Below are positions 1 through 14,200 of a stretch of 64,000 bases of DNA, in pieces. Position 1 is the stretch's first letter; every line of letters starts with the position of its first letter. The position numbers and the translations under genes are program-made. Source of the DNA: Balanoglossus misakiensis (Eukaryota; Animalia; Hemichordata); NCBI GenBank assembly GCA_040954595.2, contig CM082596.2, positions 5,716,791 through 5,780,790 on the forward strand. The letters are read 5' to 3'. The notes under the pieces are model-generated. The model made no database searches and had not been told where the DNA came from. It saw nothing but the letters and a program-made list of their open reading frames with translations.

Positions 1-994
1 AACGTTTACAACTCTTGAATGTTGTCTGACAACTAAAAATTATTTTGTCACCTTTTCTGGGTGTTATTCGATATTTTGTTGTATAAGGTTATAATTAGGC
101 TCTAGGCAGCATAATGTGGAGATACATGTAGTGACACATTCTGGGCCCTCCTGTGATATAAGGTTGTATACCCGTGAAAGTTGGCAAGTTCAGGCTTATT
201 GTACATATACTTTAGTCCTGTGATATTCATTCATACATGTTTACAGAATCAAAATTAATGCATGCCAATTTGCTTATCTGAGAATTCTTTGAATATTTTT
301 TAGTGTCCTGGTTATTATACCCATGGATAGACATTGCTTGCCAACTCTGCACATACACCCCTAGGGAAATTTTCAGTAGATACCAGTACTCCATAGATAT
401 TTCTCCAAACCTGTGACAAAAAAACTCAGACAAATTTATTACCAACTCATGGTTGTACATACCGTAATACGATTACCAATCTGAAAATAATAATGCAAAT
501 CATAACATGCCACAATCTTGTGAAATTTCAATTTCTTTCTGCATATATGGTCTATATTGCAACTCACTATAAAACACTCAAGAGGTTAATATTTTGGAAA
601 GAGTATATTTTTGTAATTTGCATGAAGTGGGTTAGCCTGGAGTCAACCCAAAATTATGAGATAAGGAAAGGAAAAAAATTTTAGTATAATTTTGTGTTTT
701 TTTTCGCTGTTTTGGGAATGTGTTTTATAAGGATGTTTTTGGGTTCTCACTTGAAAAATTACACATTCTCTGTAAAACTTTCTCTTTGTAAACAATGTTG
801 GGGAATTTATTTTGTGGAACTTTAAGTGACTTAACTGCAGTAAATGCATATCTGTACAACTCTCAGTGAAGGCGGATTGTGATATATTGATCATTGTTGT
901 TTTTGCTTTCTAGAACTGTCTTGTGGCATGGAAACCAGCCGTGGCCACTGTTTCTTTTATTTATTTTTTTACCAATGGCAATGTTGTTGTTGTT

Positions 995-1026
<32 letters not shown>

Positions 1027-1351
1027 GGGGGGGGGGAGTAAGTGCACTGTTTCTGTTAATTGTTAAATGTGGCAACTTCATCTTTTTTTCCACTTTGTTA
1101 AAAGATGACCCTGGTCCTCATTATGTGCTGTACAAATATTATCATCCATGACTCTTTTGCCTACTTCACCTGCTCTGATGGCAAGTTTCAAGAAATTGCT
1201 GATAGTTATTTACCCATTTCCTCCACACGCAAACTTTCAGAAGAGTGTTAACAATTGTGTTCAAAAAGACATCCCTTTTTTGGTCCTGCTGCAACAGAGA
1301 TGTTGGGATTGCAGAATCCCGAGTATAGAAAATGCAACTGAAAGTCACTGT

Positions 1352-1448
1352 TTAACCCTTTCACCCCCAGTTCCCTCTATAGAGGTCCACCAACCTTACC
1401 ATTGAAAACATTGGACATTGGACTGAACTGTGGTGGTGAAAGGGTTAA
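1352..1448. mobile_element. piggyBac-type MITE (~90 bp) with TTAA TSD
   Basis: TTAA|CCCTTTCACC...GGTGAAAGGG|TTAA: perfect terminal inverted repeat with a TTAA duplication. Confidence 0.8.
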
Positions 1449-2674
1449 GCTGTTTCATGTAGATGATAGAATCAGTCCTTTTCGTATTTCGGTCAGTAAT
1501 CATGAGCCATGACACCTCATGCAGATCTTGTAAATACTTTCTCAGTCTCACTTCTCGTTAAGGTAAAACCGTCTTTAAAAAAACATACATTAACTTTAGA
1601 ACTCTGTTTCTTACCTTTTTATATGTATTTATTTATCATTTTCACATTGTCATGGGATATGATGGTTGATCTGAAAACCTAAACTTGAAAACTGAATTTA
1701 CACATCTATAAAAAGCAACCTGCGCACAAGTTGGTCGAATGTGTTGTCAACAGTTCTTTGAAGATTTCTCTCCGATGTTCTTAAATTTTGAGTTAAAGTC
1801 TTTACATTTAATGGAGCGTATTTTTCTCGAACAATGTAATAATCATGGAACGTGGTCATTGCATCATTCTGTACAAATTGTAACAAGCAGCATATTATAT
1901 ATAAATGTCAGTTTAATTTAGAGTTGAATACTATCTTTTGTTACATTGCATTCTGTATTTTTCGCAGTTCATTCAAAGACAGTCATGTCGTATCCTGTTC
2001 ATAGCAAGAAATCTAAGAAATTTCCATTAAAATATTTTTGTGGTTTTGAACTACAAACTAGCTTACGACTGTTTGCGTTGTTTTCTGAAAATTGGACGAC
2101 ATAGCAGCAGTTCCTCCAACAGACAGAATCTTTGACACATTAATATTAGTACTAAAATGTTAATATTTATTACGGTAGTTGTAAATATACATTTCACATA
2201 ACATTCTAATATGGACAGTTGCACTTGGGACAACAAGAATGAAATGGGTTGTCTTTTGCTGCCTGAATGATTTTCTGATATTGTTCAAATTGAACGTGAC
2301 TTTAAAAATTTGCACTGTTAAAAACGTAATTCAGTGCACAAATCGCCACAGTTCTGGGATCATTGCATTGATTGTGTACAAAATGGTGAATTGTCAAGAC
2401 AGAAAAATACAATACATACTCCATGTTAAAATACATATAAATACTGGATAGGAAATACATGATGTTGAACCTCTATATACAAATACATGTAGTAAAGTGG
2501 ATATGAAAATAGACATTGTATTGTTTTGGTGAAAAATGTGGGTCTATCAAACCTGTGTTTTTATTACAAAAGTTTCTTCTGTGTATGTGACATTAGATTT
2601 GCATAGATTAACTACAATGTTAGATTAAGTGCTGACTATTATCCCTGCTAATACATACTGCTACATTTGTCTCT

Positions 2675-2768
2675 TTAACCCTTTCACCCCCCAATTCCAT
2701 CGATAGAGGTCCAACTATACCATAGAAGACAATGGATGCGGACCAAACCATGGTGGTGAAAGGGTCAG
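2675..2768. mobile_element. Second copy of the piggyBac-type MITE, in the SPFH-gene 3'UTR
   Basis: TTAA|CCCTTTCACCCCC..ATAGAGGTCCA..GGTGGTGAAAGGG|TCAG, alignable to 1352-1448. Confidence 0.75.
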
Positions 2769-2778
2769 AACAGGGTAT

Positions 2779-4731
2779 TCACCCTGTGTTGATGCGCAGG
2801 CTGTCGAAATCCACACTCAGCTGGACGTTTTCTTTCTCGCGCAACGTGCGCAGGTAGTTGAAAGACGCCCTGTGGTCACCGTTGCTGATGCCCAGCTTGG
2901 TGTACATGTTTGACAATCCCTGGTTGTGGGCGTTCTCCACCACAGCCTTCGCATCGGCGTCGGCTTTGGCCAGGATCAAATCGGCTACTGCTGTGGCATT
3001 CTCCGAGATTTCAGCTGCTGCGTTATTGATATCATTCACCTGTAAATTTTTTAAGAGAAAAAAAAACAAGTCAATTCATGACCTAACACCTCCAATGATA
3101 AGAATCCATCAGGTTGACTAAAACCTCCACAAAATCTCTATAATTGCAGTTATAGTACATGTATAAAAAAATTGTACTGAATTACAAAAGTGGCCCCTTT
3201 TCAAGCAACATTGTACATGTCTCTTGTCCTAAAATGCTGAATTTTGACAATCCTACTAATTTACCAACAGAAGTACAAGGATGTAAGATGATGTCGGGGG
3301 TCATGAAAGTGACCTGTTATTCCAGTCAGATGTTGCTTTGTTTGAATGTATCTGAAATGTGTGTGCTTGTGTTTTACTTACGAGTCGATCCGTGTCCTTC
3401 CTGACCAGCTGTGCCTCCTGGATGTACAACTCTCCGGCAGCATCTTCCAGCTGTGTCAAAGCCAGCAGATTATTGGAGATGACTTCCTCCGCTATCGACA
3501 CCCTCAACAACTGGAAGTACCTCAAATCAGCAAAATATCCCTTGTCATCCTCGGTGCATGTTTCATATGGCACGCAGTTTTCAGCACATCCTGGAAGAAA
3601 CAGGATCACTAAATGTTTAGGAGATTTATACACACAAAAATGTCGTGCTGATACTGTCCTTATTATGTAGATTTATGCATGTGAATTATGCTAATAACAT
3701 TATGTAACTATGCGTATATTTATGCATATGAATATCATATGATTCTGATAAACAAGTTCTAAAGCAAATCCTCCCCTCATACCCAGTTTCCCTCAACTCG
3801 GTTCTAACACATTCTTAAAACCACCGAAATGTTTATTTTTGTCAGTAATACTAAAATTCCTACCATTAAAGCCATGACATTCAGTGAACACAAACCTGAG
3901 GAGCAGTTTTGCTTGCAACATCTTCCACCCAGCCGGTCTCTGATGGCTATGAAGAGATCCCGCTCCACTTCCCGCCTGTTTGTGATGTACTCATCAGTGC
4001 TGAAGTCCGGCGCTTTGCCTTTCAGCGCGTCAACGGCGCTCGACCGCAACACGGGCTCGTACTGCAGGTCGTGCTTGTCGTGCAGGTACTTCAGATCTTC
4101 AGGCCGAAGGAAGTACTGCAGGCTGCAAACGATGTCAACCTTAAAGGTGATGACAAAGAAAATGTGTCAGATGTTTTAAACCTGATCATTAATATACACA
4201 TATACATGTATTGACTGAGATGTCTGATATGTCAAATATTTCAGTGTATAGAACATATGGGGAAAGAGCATATACCACAATGATTTACAGGCCGCCCTCA
4301 GACTGGTGTTGGTGTAGTCTTACCTCCAGTTTATCACTAGTGTAGATGGCTATGTTATATTCTTCACTATGAACACTGGCTTTGAAAGCTTTGAATTTCT
4401 TGTCTGGGCCGATGGCATACTTCCCTCCTGAATAGACTCTGCTTGTGTCAACTGCTCCTGTTGTACTCCTCCTTGGAAACCCATACTGGTTGACAGAAAT
4501 GAAAAGTTAGATAACCTTTAATACAAGCGGTCAAATTTCATCAAAACATAACATGAATGTACCGGTACCCACTAACATAAATCAGGTGTTTTCAAACGTA
4601 TCACGTCATGTCTGTCTTACCTGATAATATTCTACTCCCTGAAAACTCAACGGCAAAACAATTAGAAGGATAAGGCATACACCAGCAACCCCCACCACGA
4701 TAACCTTTGGCCATAGTTCCTCACTAGCCAT
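2779..4731 (-). CDS. SPFH/band-7 (prohibitin-like) domain protein with N-terminal membrane anchor, ~330 aa, 5 coding exons
   Basis: Exons 4621-4731 (MASEELWPKVIVVGVAGVCLILLIVLPLSFQGVEYYQ), 4324-4485 (YGFPRRSTTGAVDTSRVYSGGKYAIGPD..IYTSDKLE), 3896-4139 (VDIVCSLQYFLRP..LRSSAVDALKGKAPDFSTDEYITNRREVE), 3382-3590 and 2779-3039 (Ala-rich coiled-coil-like AKADADAKA) join in frame through GT-AG introns. The layout (TM, SPFH-like core, helical tail) was recognised by eye. Confidence 0.7.
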
Positions 4732-4740
4732 TTTTACGAG

Positions 4741-5299
4741 CTGAAAATGAACAAGAAATATGTGCACTTGCAGATAAATTATGTTTGGAAATGAAGTCGG
4801 ATCCGTGTTCGAAACCGATACCTGACAGGGTGAGGCCTATGTCATAACTGTGTGCAAACTTTTAGATGAATTCCACACTGTGCCGTTGGCCATAAATACA
4901 AAACAAACACTTTGAACAAGAGTTAGCCATGTATATATGAAATGTACCCTGGATACAACAACGCCCTTTCGCTTTTTTGTACACAATCATACATGTACAT
5001 GTACTGTGCTCTCAACGAGCTAAATACTTTGCTTATGGTGATGTAAATGTACATTAATAAACTCCAAACGTGTGTACGCTCATTGAATGATAAAAATATA
5101 GGATAACCTACCGCGATCGAGCAATATACAAAATGTTCAGCTCATGTTTATTTCGCTTCCGCTTGCATTTTCATTTCACTATTAGACATCTCGTGATTTA
5201 CGAGAAAGTAATTAGTCTCGTGGGTAACGGTGTACATATTCATCAAGTGTTAAGGAGTCTTGTATCTTTACACAAGAAGTTAGGGATTCCCTATCCAAC
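4741..5299. promoter_or_regulatory. Compact divergent (bidirectional) promoter region of the SPFH-like gene and CASD1
   Basis: The two ATGs are at 4731 (-) and 5300 (+). A minus-strand acceptor at 4741-42 and a donor (GTAGG) near 5111 suggest a 5'UTR intron, which would put the SPFH 5' exon within ~200 bp of the CASD1 start. Confidence 0.5.
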
Positions 5300-8200
5300 A
5301 TGGCGGTCAGTGGGCCGAACGACACTCTCCTGTCGTACTTCAGCATTACCACCGCAAAATATGTGGCGTTCCTACTTGGGGTGGCGTTGGTGTCGATGCA
5401 TGGAATCAGATACATGTTTGAAGGTAGGTTTTTTCCAAAAATGTTGATGAAAACCCCGATTGCTGGCTCCGATCCTCCCCAGCTACTGCGTTGGCAATGT
5501 AGCTGACTGCTATGTACACTCACCTTAATACAGTTCCTAGACACTGTCATTGTATCAACGTGTACATGCGACGTGATAAAAGTACATGTATAACACGTCG
5601 ACACATTGCCAGTATAGAAAGACTGAAAAGTAGTTGCAATTTACAGAAATCAAATGCAGCTACCACTAAAACATTGGAAATAATTAATTACAACATCGTA
5701 ATTGAATTTGATATTGAGAATGGTCAATTTTACTCGGATTCTAAATAGACTGAATATCACATTAGGAAATAATTAATATGGGATTATGTGAAAGAGAAGA
5801 CTGCATCGTGGATTTACCAAATGTTCATTTGTCCTCTGAAACCCTGTCAGTACAGATTACATGATAGTTATGCCATAGAAAAAGCAATAAAATACACTGG
5901 TACAGTAGGCTGTAGATATACATGCCTGGATCATATTTCAATAATATTAGCAACTTCAGTCTGTATTACAGTAATGGCTCATAAGGATTTGGTTCAGCAT
6001 CTCATGTACAGTGCTGTCTGACTACGCCCACTCCACTAGCTCTGCGTACAAGTCTGTGTGTTCCAGGCATTAACGACGGGAACACAGTGCACAGACCTGT
6101 ACGCAGAGCTACCACTCCACCCATTCACCTATTGAAATGTAAATGTCAACAATATTGTGCAGTGAATGTATAGGCCATCCTTTGAGAAGTTGCTTATATT
6201 GTACTTCAGGTGTGCCAATGCCACGCTCATTTCACCACACCCAAGAAATAGGCGACACGTTTTCATATAAAGAATTTTGTATGTGCTTCTTATATATGAG
6301 GTACAACCAGTACGAATGTATGATAACTTACATTTAGGTCATTGAGGAGTCATAACATGCCCTCTTTCTGATTAGAGGTATTGCTTGAATAGTTTCTATC
6401 TTAAATTGCTAAGGCCCAAGGTCACTGTATGGCCGACTGATGTGAATTCTGGATTTACTTCACTGTGACCCATTGAAACTAAGATTGAAATAAAATATTT
6501 TATTCGACGTGGCAGCAGCCAAATGGTACGTGAGAAGGACTTGGTGACCTTGGAGTGAATGTTGAGTTTCTTAAGTTTGAAGGGACAATGTAAGGTCAGT
6601 GACTGAAGCTGTTATCAGGTTTAAGCCTGGTTTCACTTCAGTGATTCTGAAAGATACACCCAGTCAGTGCTGTAAGGGTGTCTTTTTAATGATCGTGTAA
6701 AAAGCGTACATACACCTCAAAAATAAGTCACACATTTTCAGGCTGTGCCAAAATTTTATAACTGTAGTAACCAAAGTCTGGATATTTCAATAGAATAACT
6801 TGTCAGTATATCAAAAACTAGTGATTATCCACACAAAAAAAAACACTATCCCCAGTTTCAGTGTCAAATCTAAGATGAAATTTTCAGATGGTAGTATTCT
6901 TTCAATAATTATTTCCCTGTTTTATCACGATAGAATTCATTATTTATTGGCGTGTGTGTAGGTATCTGTTTTTATCATTCTTCTTCAGCATTTAATCATA
7001 CATGTATTATGTGTACAGCAGACATTGGGGGGGGGGGGGTGCCCTTATCTGATCCCAATTACACTATTATCTGAAGGCTTGCTATATTCATGCTGTCATC
7101 ATATCTGCCTGTCTATTCAACTGTGGTCAACGTTGATAGAATGCATTAGGTCATTTAAGGACAGACAGTCCGAGAACTATTTCTAAGTCTGAGAGACGTA
7201 AATGGGAAATCTAATACTTTTCAGAACTACCGTGAAACAGACATTGTTATTGTTGAATAACTCAGTTGTCAATAAAGAGCAAAGATAGATATAATGTGAG
7301 CGTGGTATATGAGCTGTAGTAGTTGGTAAATTCTCAAAGGCTTGAAATAATAAACAGAGAAAAAAAAAACGATTGCAAATCCCCAACCTACCAGTGGTAT
7401 GTCGAATGAAACAATATGCAACGTGTATGAATATTAGCTTTGGAAATTAATGATAGCACATTTAAACTATCACTGCAGATGTTTTGGTGTTCCAGTCTAA
7501 TAAATTATTCATGTGAGCATCATCTTGTGCAGTCAAATGTATCAAGGATGTTGGATGATGATACAGAGCAGAAAAGTAGCATAATGTACATTCATACACT
7601 TCTGGTTGATTGTGACGTATTTGTTCATTTTGTACAGGCATGACTAATTCATGTGATGATGATGACTTCATCTTTGAGTATAGGTATTGGTATAGTGTAC
7701 ATGTATCCACCTTAATTACAGTTACCGTAGTAACTAGTGTTATATGTTTGCTCTCTGAGACTGCAAGTGATTGATAAGGCATCATTGTAACGTGGATATC
7801 ATGGAGTTTAATTATACATATGTACATTTATCATTCTTGGAAAGACGTTACAGATAAAAAATAGCCAATTACTATACGTTGCAAACCATGTCAAGGATCA
7901 GTATTAATCTTTTCGTATGTTTGGCTGGATGCCAGTTTGCCTGCTTGATATTATGGCCGACAGCTCTTTTTCCTTAAAGTTTAACATAAATGGCACTAAA
8001 TGAATAACAATTATAGGTTATATACACCAATATGTCCATTTAGGAAATCAGGCTCCAGTTTCTGAATTGCACAGTGTCGTGTTGTCAGTTTTGGCACAGC
8101 TGTGAATAATGACAATCTCAGCTGTTACTGTGGCTCATTGTATTAATGGTGCATGTATGTATACCGCCATTAATAAGTTTTTGATCTCATATTCAAAGAA

Positions 8201-11200
8201 TTAATGATTCTATTTTTATAATATCCATGTATAGTTTTTCAGAATTGTCGCCAAAATGAGAGCTCACTAATTATGATCATCAGATGTCTATAGTTGAGTA
8301 ATCATTTCCAACAAAGGAGAAAATAATTGCATTTGATTATGACAATTTCTATCATAATAACGTCTGTGGCAATTGAATATAATTACTGAATGTGTGAAAA
8401 AAACGTATGGTATCAGATTTTAGATTTGCTATTGTTTGACTTTGTACCTGTAAAAAGTAAGGATGATATAGTACTGCCTCATGTTACTGTTTACATACAA
8501 TCATTTGCCAATGGTACATGTAAAGTTAGACCTGCATACAAAAAATGGTGAGAGAGCCATGTCACATGGAAGGATAGCTGTAACAGTACGACGCACAAAA
8601 TAATGACGGCCTTGAATTCATTTCTCTCCATGCACAGATCATAACACCTGTTCAGTTCTCCTCAATGATGGATATCACCTGACCCATGATAACTGGCAGC
8701 CGAGAGGATGTATGATGCGTAACTACTCCAAAAGGTAATAATGTCACCTTAGCTCTCAAACAAAAATTATTCACTTAAAAGCGATATGGATAGGAGCTCA
8801 GCAGGCTATACATGGGTATGACACAGACCCAATGAACATATTTCAAATACATGTACTGATTTTTGAAAGTTCCTCACTTTTCTTAATCTTGTAAAAGTGG
8901 CTTGAAGAAGCAGGCAAGAAGCCTTTCTGGTGAAAACTCCTCCTGAGAGTTTCAATGACTCTAAATTTCCTTGACCCAGTGACTAATAAACTGTATCACA
9001 TGTTTCTTTTCTCCTACTTGTACTTTCAGGGATGGAGAATACTGCATGAATGACAAACACATTCTTTTGATCGGTGACTCAAGAGTTCGCCAGCTGTTCT
9101 TTGAGTTTGGAAGAGTTCTCAGTGATCAACAGATTCCTGAAGGAAAGATGCACGAAGATTTGACACACTATGACAAGTCCACTGGCATCCGACTTGTAAG
9201 TATAATTTCTTTATTCCTGGTTATTCATGTTTGCTGTTCAAAAAGAGACCCCACAGACTGCAATATGTGTGGATTTTTCAACCAGAATTTGTTGACTGGA
9301 AGTTTTGGTATTTGGTGTTATTTGTTAGGGTGCCAACATCTTGGTCAAGGAGAAGGCTAGATTATCAGAGGTAATAAAGAGCTGGTGAACTGGTTTGGGG
9401 GGATATTAATTCTCCTTTGATAAATTTGATGCAGCCTGATGGTTCATGAGAGAAATGCCATTCTCACCAATGTGTCACTTCCATTAGACGAAGAATTTGA
9501 CATTTCATTTTTACAGAAATGGTAAATTTAGGGTGTCTACTCATTGCATTTGAGTAAGAGCTATTTTACATTACTACAAGTATACTAAATCTAGGAAGAT
9601 TTATTAGCATTTGAATGTGAAATTTTAATGGAACTGTTGATATGTCTGTTATTTTTTATGCTGGATTTAATTTACAGGATTTTATATGGATGCCTGATGT
9701 CAACTTGTCAACTGTAGCTACATACGAAAAGCTAGCCAAGGTATGGAAGTGTTTTCAGCGTTGTATATAAACCATCATGCAGAGTACAATGTATACTGCA
9801 TGTTATTCTGCTTGTTGTCTCTGCTTTGTGTGTGATGCCTATCTGAAATTATCACAAGAAAACTACTTGGAATGTTATGACTTAGTGAAAATGTTTAATC
9901 TCACTGCTTAACTCATCAGGCTGTACAATACTGCAGTGATTACAACGACATCAAATGCCTTACTTTATTGTGGCTAGCTAGACCCCCTCCTGTCAGTTAT
10001 TAAGGGGGAGGGGGGTTCTTGTTATGTAGGTCAGTCTGATATGTAAACAAAATTTCAGTTTCAAGTGGCTTGGGTAATAAGCAACTGTCAATATGGTTGC
10101 CAACTTACAAAATCACGAAATACTTTTTCATGTACAATCTATGGGTTTGTCAGATCATTAATACTGACACAGGTGTGTTTGGAAAGAATCAATGTTTACA
10201 TGAAAATACCAAACTTTCTATGTGGTATCATTTTGTGGAGATTATTATACAAATCCTTATTACAAAAGTGAATGTTTTTGTTTGGTTAAGCAGGAAACGG
10301 AGCTTCCTGATATTGTGATACACGGCGCTGCCACATGGTCGATAAAATTCCGCAACGCAACGATGCAAGCTTTTGAAGAATACAAAAGTAAGTGGAATAT
10401 TGGATATTGCAGTGCTAGTATGGAACTATAAACATGAATGCTTATTCTTTCAATGCAGGCTGGATTAACAGGTTTTGTAACAGTTGTCGAGCTGAGTAAC
10501 AGGTTTGAAAACTTTCATCAGCAACATTGCATATGTATCAGCCTGGAAGTGATTCACCCACAATATAATAATTTAGTCTTATAAATTTTAAATAGTAAAC
10601 AAAATCCTTGTCTTTTATTTTGACAGATAATCTGACCAAATTAGCACCTGTCATGAGCGATCTGGCAAAAAGTACAGATGTGTTATGGATGTTGCAACGT
10701 AAGTAAAAAGAATCTACAGTGAATTGTGAAAATCAATCTGTAAATTGGGTGCACTTTAAGAGTATCACCCGAAGCAGCTGTTACATGGTGAAGTCTAAAT
10801 TTACACAGTGCTCAGTGTTCCACTATCATCAATTATCCTTTGAGATTTGTCAGTGTCACAGAAACATATGCAAATTATTGTTGAATTAACGAGAAACATT
10901 TTGATATTTCAGAGCCTGTCGAAGAGGAAATACTACACATAGCCAGAAAAATGATCACTAACGAACAGATCGACCTTTACAATGATGCAGCCATGGAGAT
11001 ACTGTAAGTCAGGGTGCCCTTTGAACTTTTCCTGACCTCTCACCTCATAGATATTTTAGGATGTAGTGTGTTTGGTAATTTAATATGTTAAAAACGTAGG
11101 GCTGATAAAGAGGGAAACATGATGAACTGTTCGTTGTAATGATAATAATGCTGCCATATCTGATGCATGTGTCCATAATGAGCTGTGTTCCCTAAGACAT

Positions 11201-14200
11201 TTTACGTTTTATTTTCCCTGGTTACTGGCTGAATGATCGAAACAGCTGCAGTAGAGTTGGTTGCTATTTTTCAGCGAACAAACAAGTAGAGTTGATAACA
11301 CTGAGTAACACATGTTCCTATTTGACAAGAAAATAGGTACATTGCAAAGGAAATTGTAATAGATACTTGGGATAATTTTAGGCAAATCATAAAAGGTGAC
11401 ATAGAACACAGACAGGTGACTGTCTATGCATATAGTATATTATACTAAAGGTTGTTCAATGCTTTTATTAGGACGTCTGTACAGTGACACAGAGTAATAC
11501 GTGTCTAAGGGATCTGTATCGTCTCTTTAAATCACTACAGCTGTTACAGATTGCTACCCATACAGCAAAAGAATAGATCAATTCAAAAGCACAGATTAAT
11601 GTACATACGTGTACAACATAGTATAGGCTTTAATTGTATTGCCAAATATTTTAGGGAGAAGGGGTTTAACTTTCAGACAAATAAAAAAAAACCCTGAACA
11701 ATTGGTAATATTTTGCTGTGTATCTCATGGTTTGAATTTCACTCCAGACTCAAATATAGAATGTATCACTGTTAATTTTAGGATTGATATGTGCTTCATT
11801 GGAAACAGTTATAACATTAATATAATTTGATACAATTTGGCTGCCAAATGAACGACCGAAGTCATTCATCCTGTGAATTTTGTTCTGTCTGTAGGGAGCC
11901 TACTTCAGTGAAGATGTGGAAATCTGCAGCCAAGGTGTCAGAAATCGACAACAGCACTGAAGATGGTCTCCACACCAAAGAAGAATTATTATTAATTGTA
12001 AGTATTACAACTTTGCGTCCCGTAAGATTTCAAACCTCATTGTGTATGCATTTTCTCCATATAACCCTAAAAGTCACGTCTTTTACTCTTGTCAATACAA
12101 TACTCAGAGATTCCTATCTTTGTATGGGGACTATGTTAACCCATTGAACCCACCTCAGAATGGGGTGAATTGTATCAGAATTGATCAAGGAGAATTTGTC
12201 TGCTTTTTGGCAATTTACCACACTACGTACTTGTACATGTATATTTGCACCCTGTTGGATGTCCTGGTACACGGATATGAACATCCTGGTACACAAGGAT
12301 TTGATAGCGGCCCCTGTGCCTGCATTCAAGTGCCTGTTAAAATGTTACTGATATTTATATGTTTTCAAAGCAACCACAAATCAAATATTGAAACGCAGGG
12401 ATATGGGCTGCCTAACTCTGTGGCATTTCTCCATCTCTTGTGGTTGTTGAGTCAGTGAGATAGTGCTACATGGACATCTGACACCAACACGCTCCTACAA
12501 ATCAATCTCATGTCGCAGACAGACATGAAGTATTCAGCCAGTATTAACACACCTGCCCAGGCATTGCAAACACTCACTGTAACTTAGGATGAAAAACTCC
12601 AAACTTTGCTATTTTTAATAAATAATTTTCTTGTGTTTCATTGCAGGATGTACAGTTGATTTTAAATCGATATTGTAATGTAAAGTACCGGCCATTTGAT
12701 GGGCAAATATACTGTTGCCAGTCGAAGGAAGAAATGACACTTATACAGCAAGTGTTGTTTCTCATATTTATTGTAAGGTAAATATAGCACTTGTTACAAT
12801 GTCCATTGTAAGACTGATTGAGACTTCAGCATTTTGATTCAGTTTCAATGGTCAGCACTACACAAGTATGTCGAATTCTCTTCCAGCATCGTTTCCAGTG
12901 GATTCCTCAAAATCAGACGGAAGATAATCGCCATGAGGCCTCAGCCGGAACAAAACGACGCTCCGGTCGTCGTCATCACGGACACGGTGCAGAACGGTCC
13001 GGTGGCCGACGGCGAGACTGTGGCCAAACCGGTCAGAGTGGAAAGGCCCCCGCCTTCGGTGGACTATGTCGAAGTATTGTGGGCAATTGGTAAATTTGGA
13101 CTGATCATGATTTATTTCCATATATGTGACAGGTAGGCCCACTTGTTAATTCGTTACATGAAAAAAGGCCAGGCAGAATTAATGTATTGTTCCTCAGCAT
13201 CACTGTTGCTATATATGATCATGTTGTAGTGTTATGATATCATTTACATTTGACCAATATAATGTAAAACATAGTTCTTTTGCCATGTTGCAAGTATACA
13301 AGATTTTTGTTACAAACTTTTAACATTTTACTCTTTTTTTCTCTCTTATACCAGGACTGGTTTTATACCAAGGGAACAAAAACATTACTCTCATCTTCGG
13401 TTTTTCCTGCCGTTGTGTTATATAACTTTATTAGGATTCTTTTTTAATAGTAAGACTTCTCAGGTAAGACTTGCAGTCAGCAGTTTCCAGTGATTGTGCT
13501 TGTAAGACAATTCATACTTTTGTGATGGAACTAGTAGTTCTAAAGATTAATTTAAATTACATTTTAATTTCACAGACACAAGTTTTAAATCGTGATCAGA
13601 CTGAGGAGTGGAAAGGCTGGATGCAGCTCATCATACTCATCTATCATATGTCAGGGGCCAGTGTGGTGAGTTTGATCATAATATTTATTTAGTATTTATT
13701 TGAATCAGGGTCAGGGCCCATAGCGATGTACAGGTTTCATTTGGACATTTTTCTTTGAATATCTATTCCAACGTTGGTAATATATTTCACTATATAGTCA
13801 TACATCATACATGTACAAAGCCCCTGTGGTTATCACAAGAAAGATGCTGTGAAATTTCTACATACACCACTGAATGGTGATGCATTTGTGATTTCTGTCC
13901 CCATCTCCAGGTGTTGCCCATCTATATGCACATTCGAATACTGGTGGCTATGTATTTGTTCCAAACTGGCTATGGTCACTTCTCCTTCTTTTGGCACAAG
14001 GGGGACTACGGCATCGTCAGATTCTGCCAGGTAAGTGAGGTTATACAGACAAGACTGTTTCGGTGAACACAAGAAAGATAGAGAGAGATGCAATAGCATA
14101 GGATGAAAGATTGCATGTAGGACAGGGTCTCAGCCAGGATGGTATAGCTGGCAGCATTAACCAATCTGGTGGGAATGCTGTTTGGCAAGAGAGGCATATG

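Noticed and set aside
863-1151. Poly-Lys and poly-Phe ORFs
   Set aside because: These are translations of poly-T/poly-G homopolymer runs with no coding signal.
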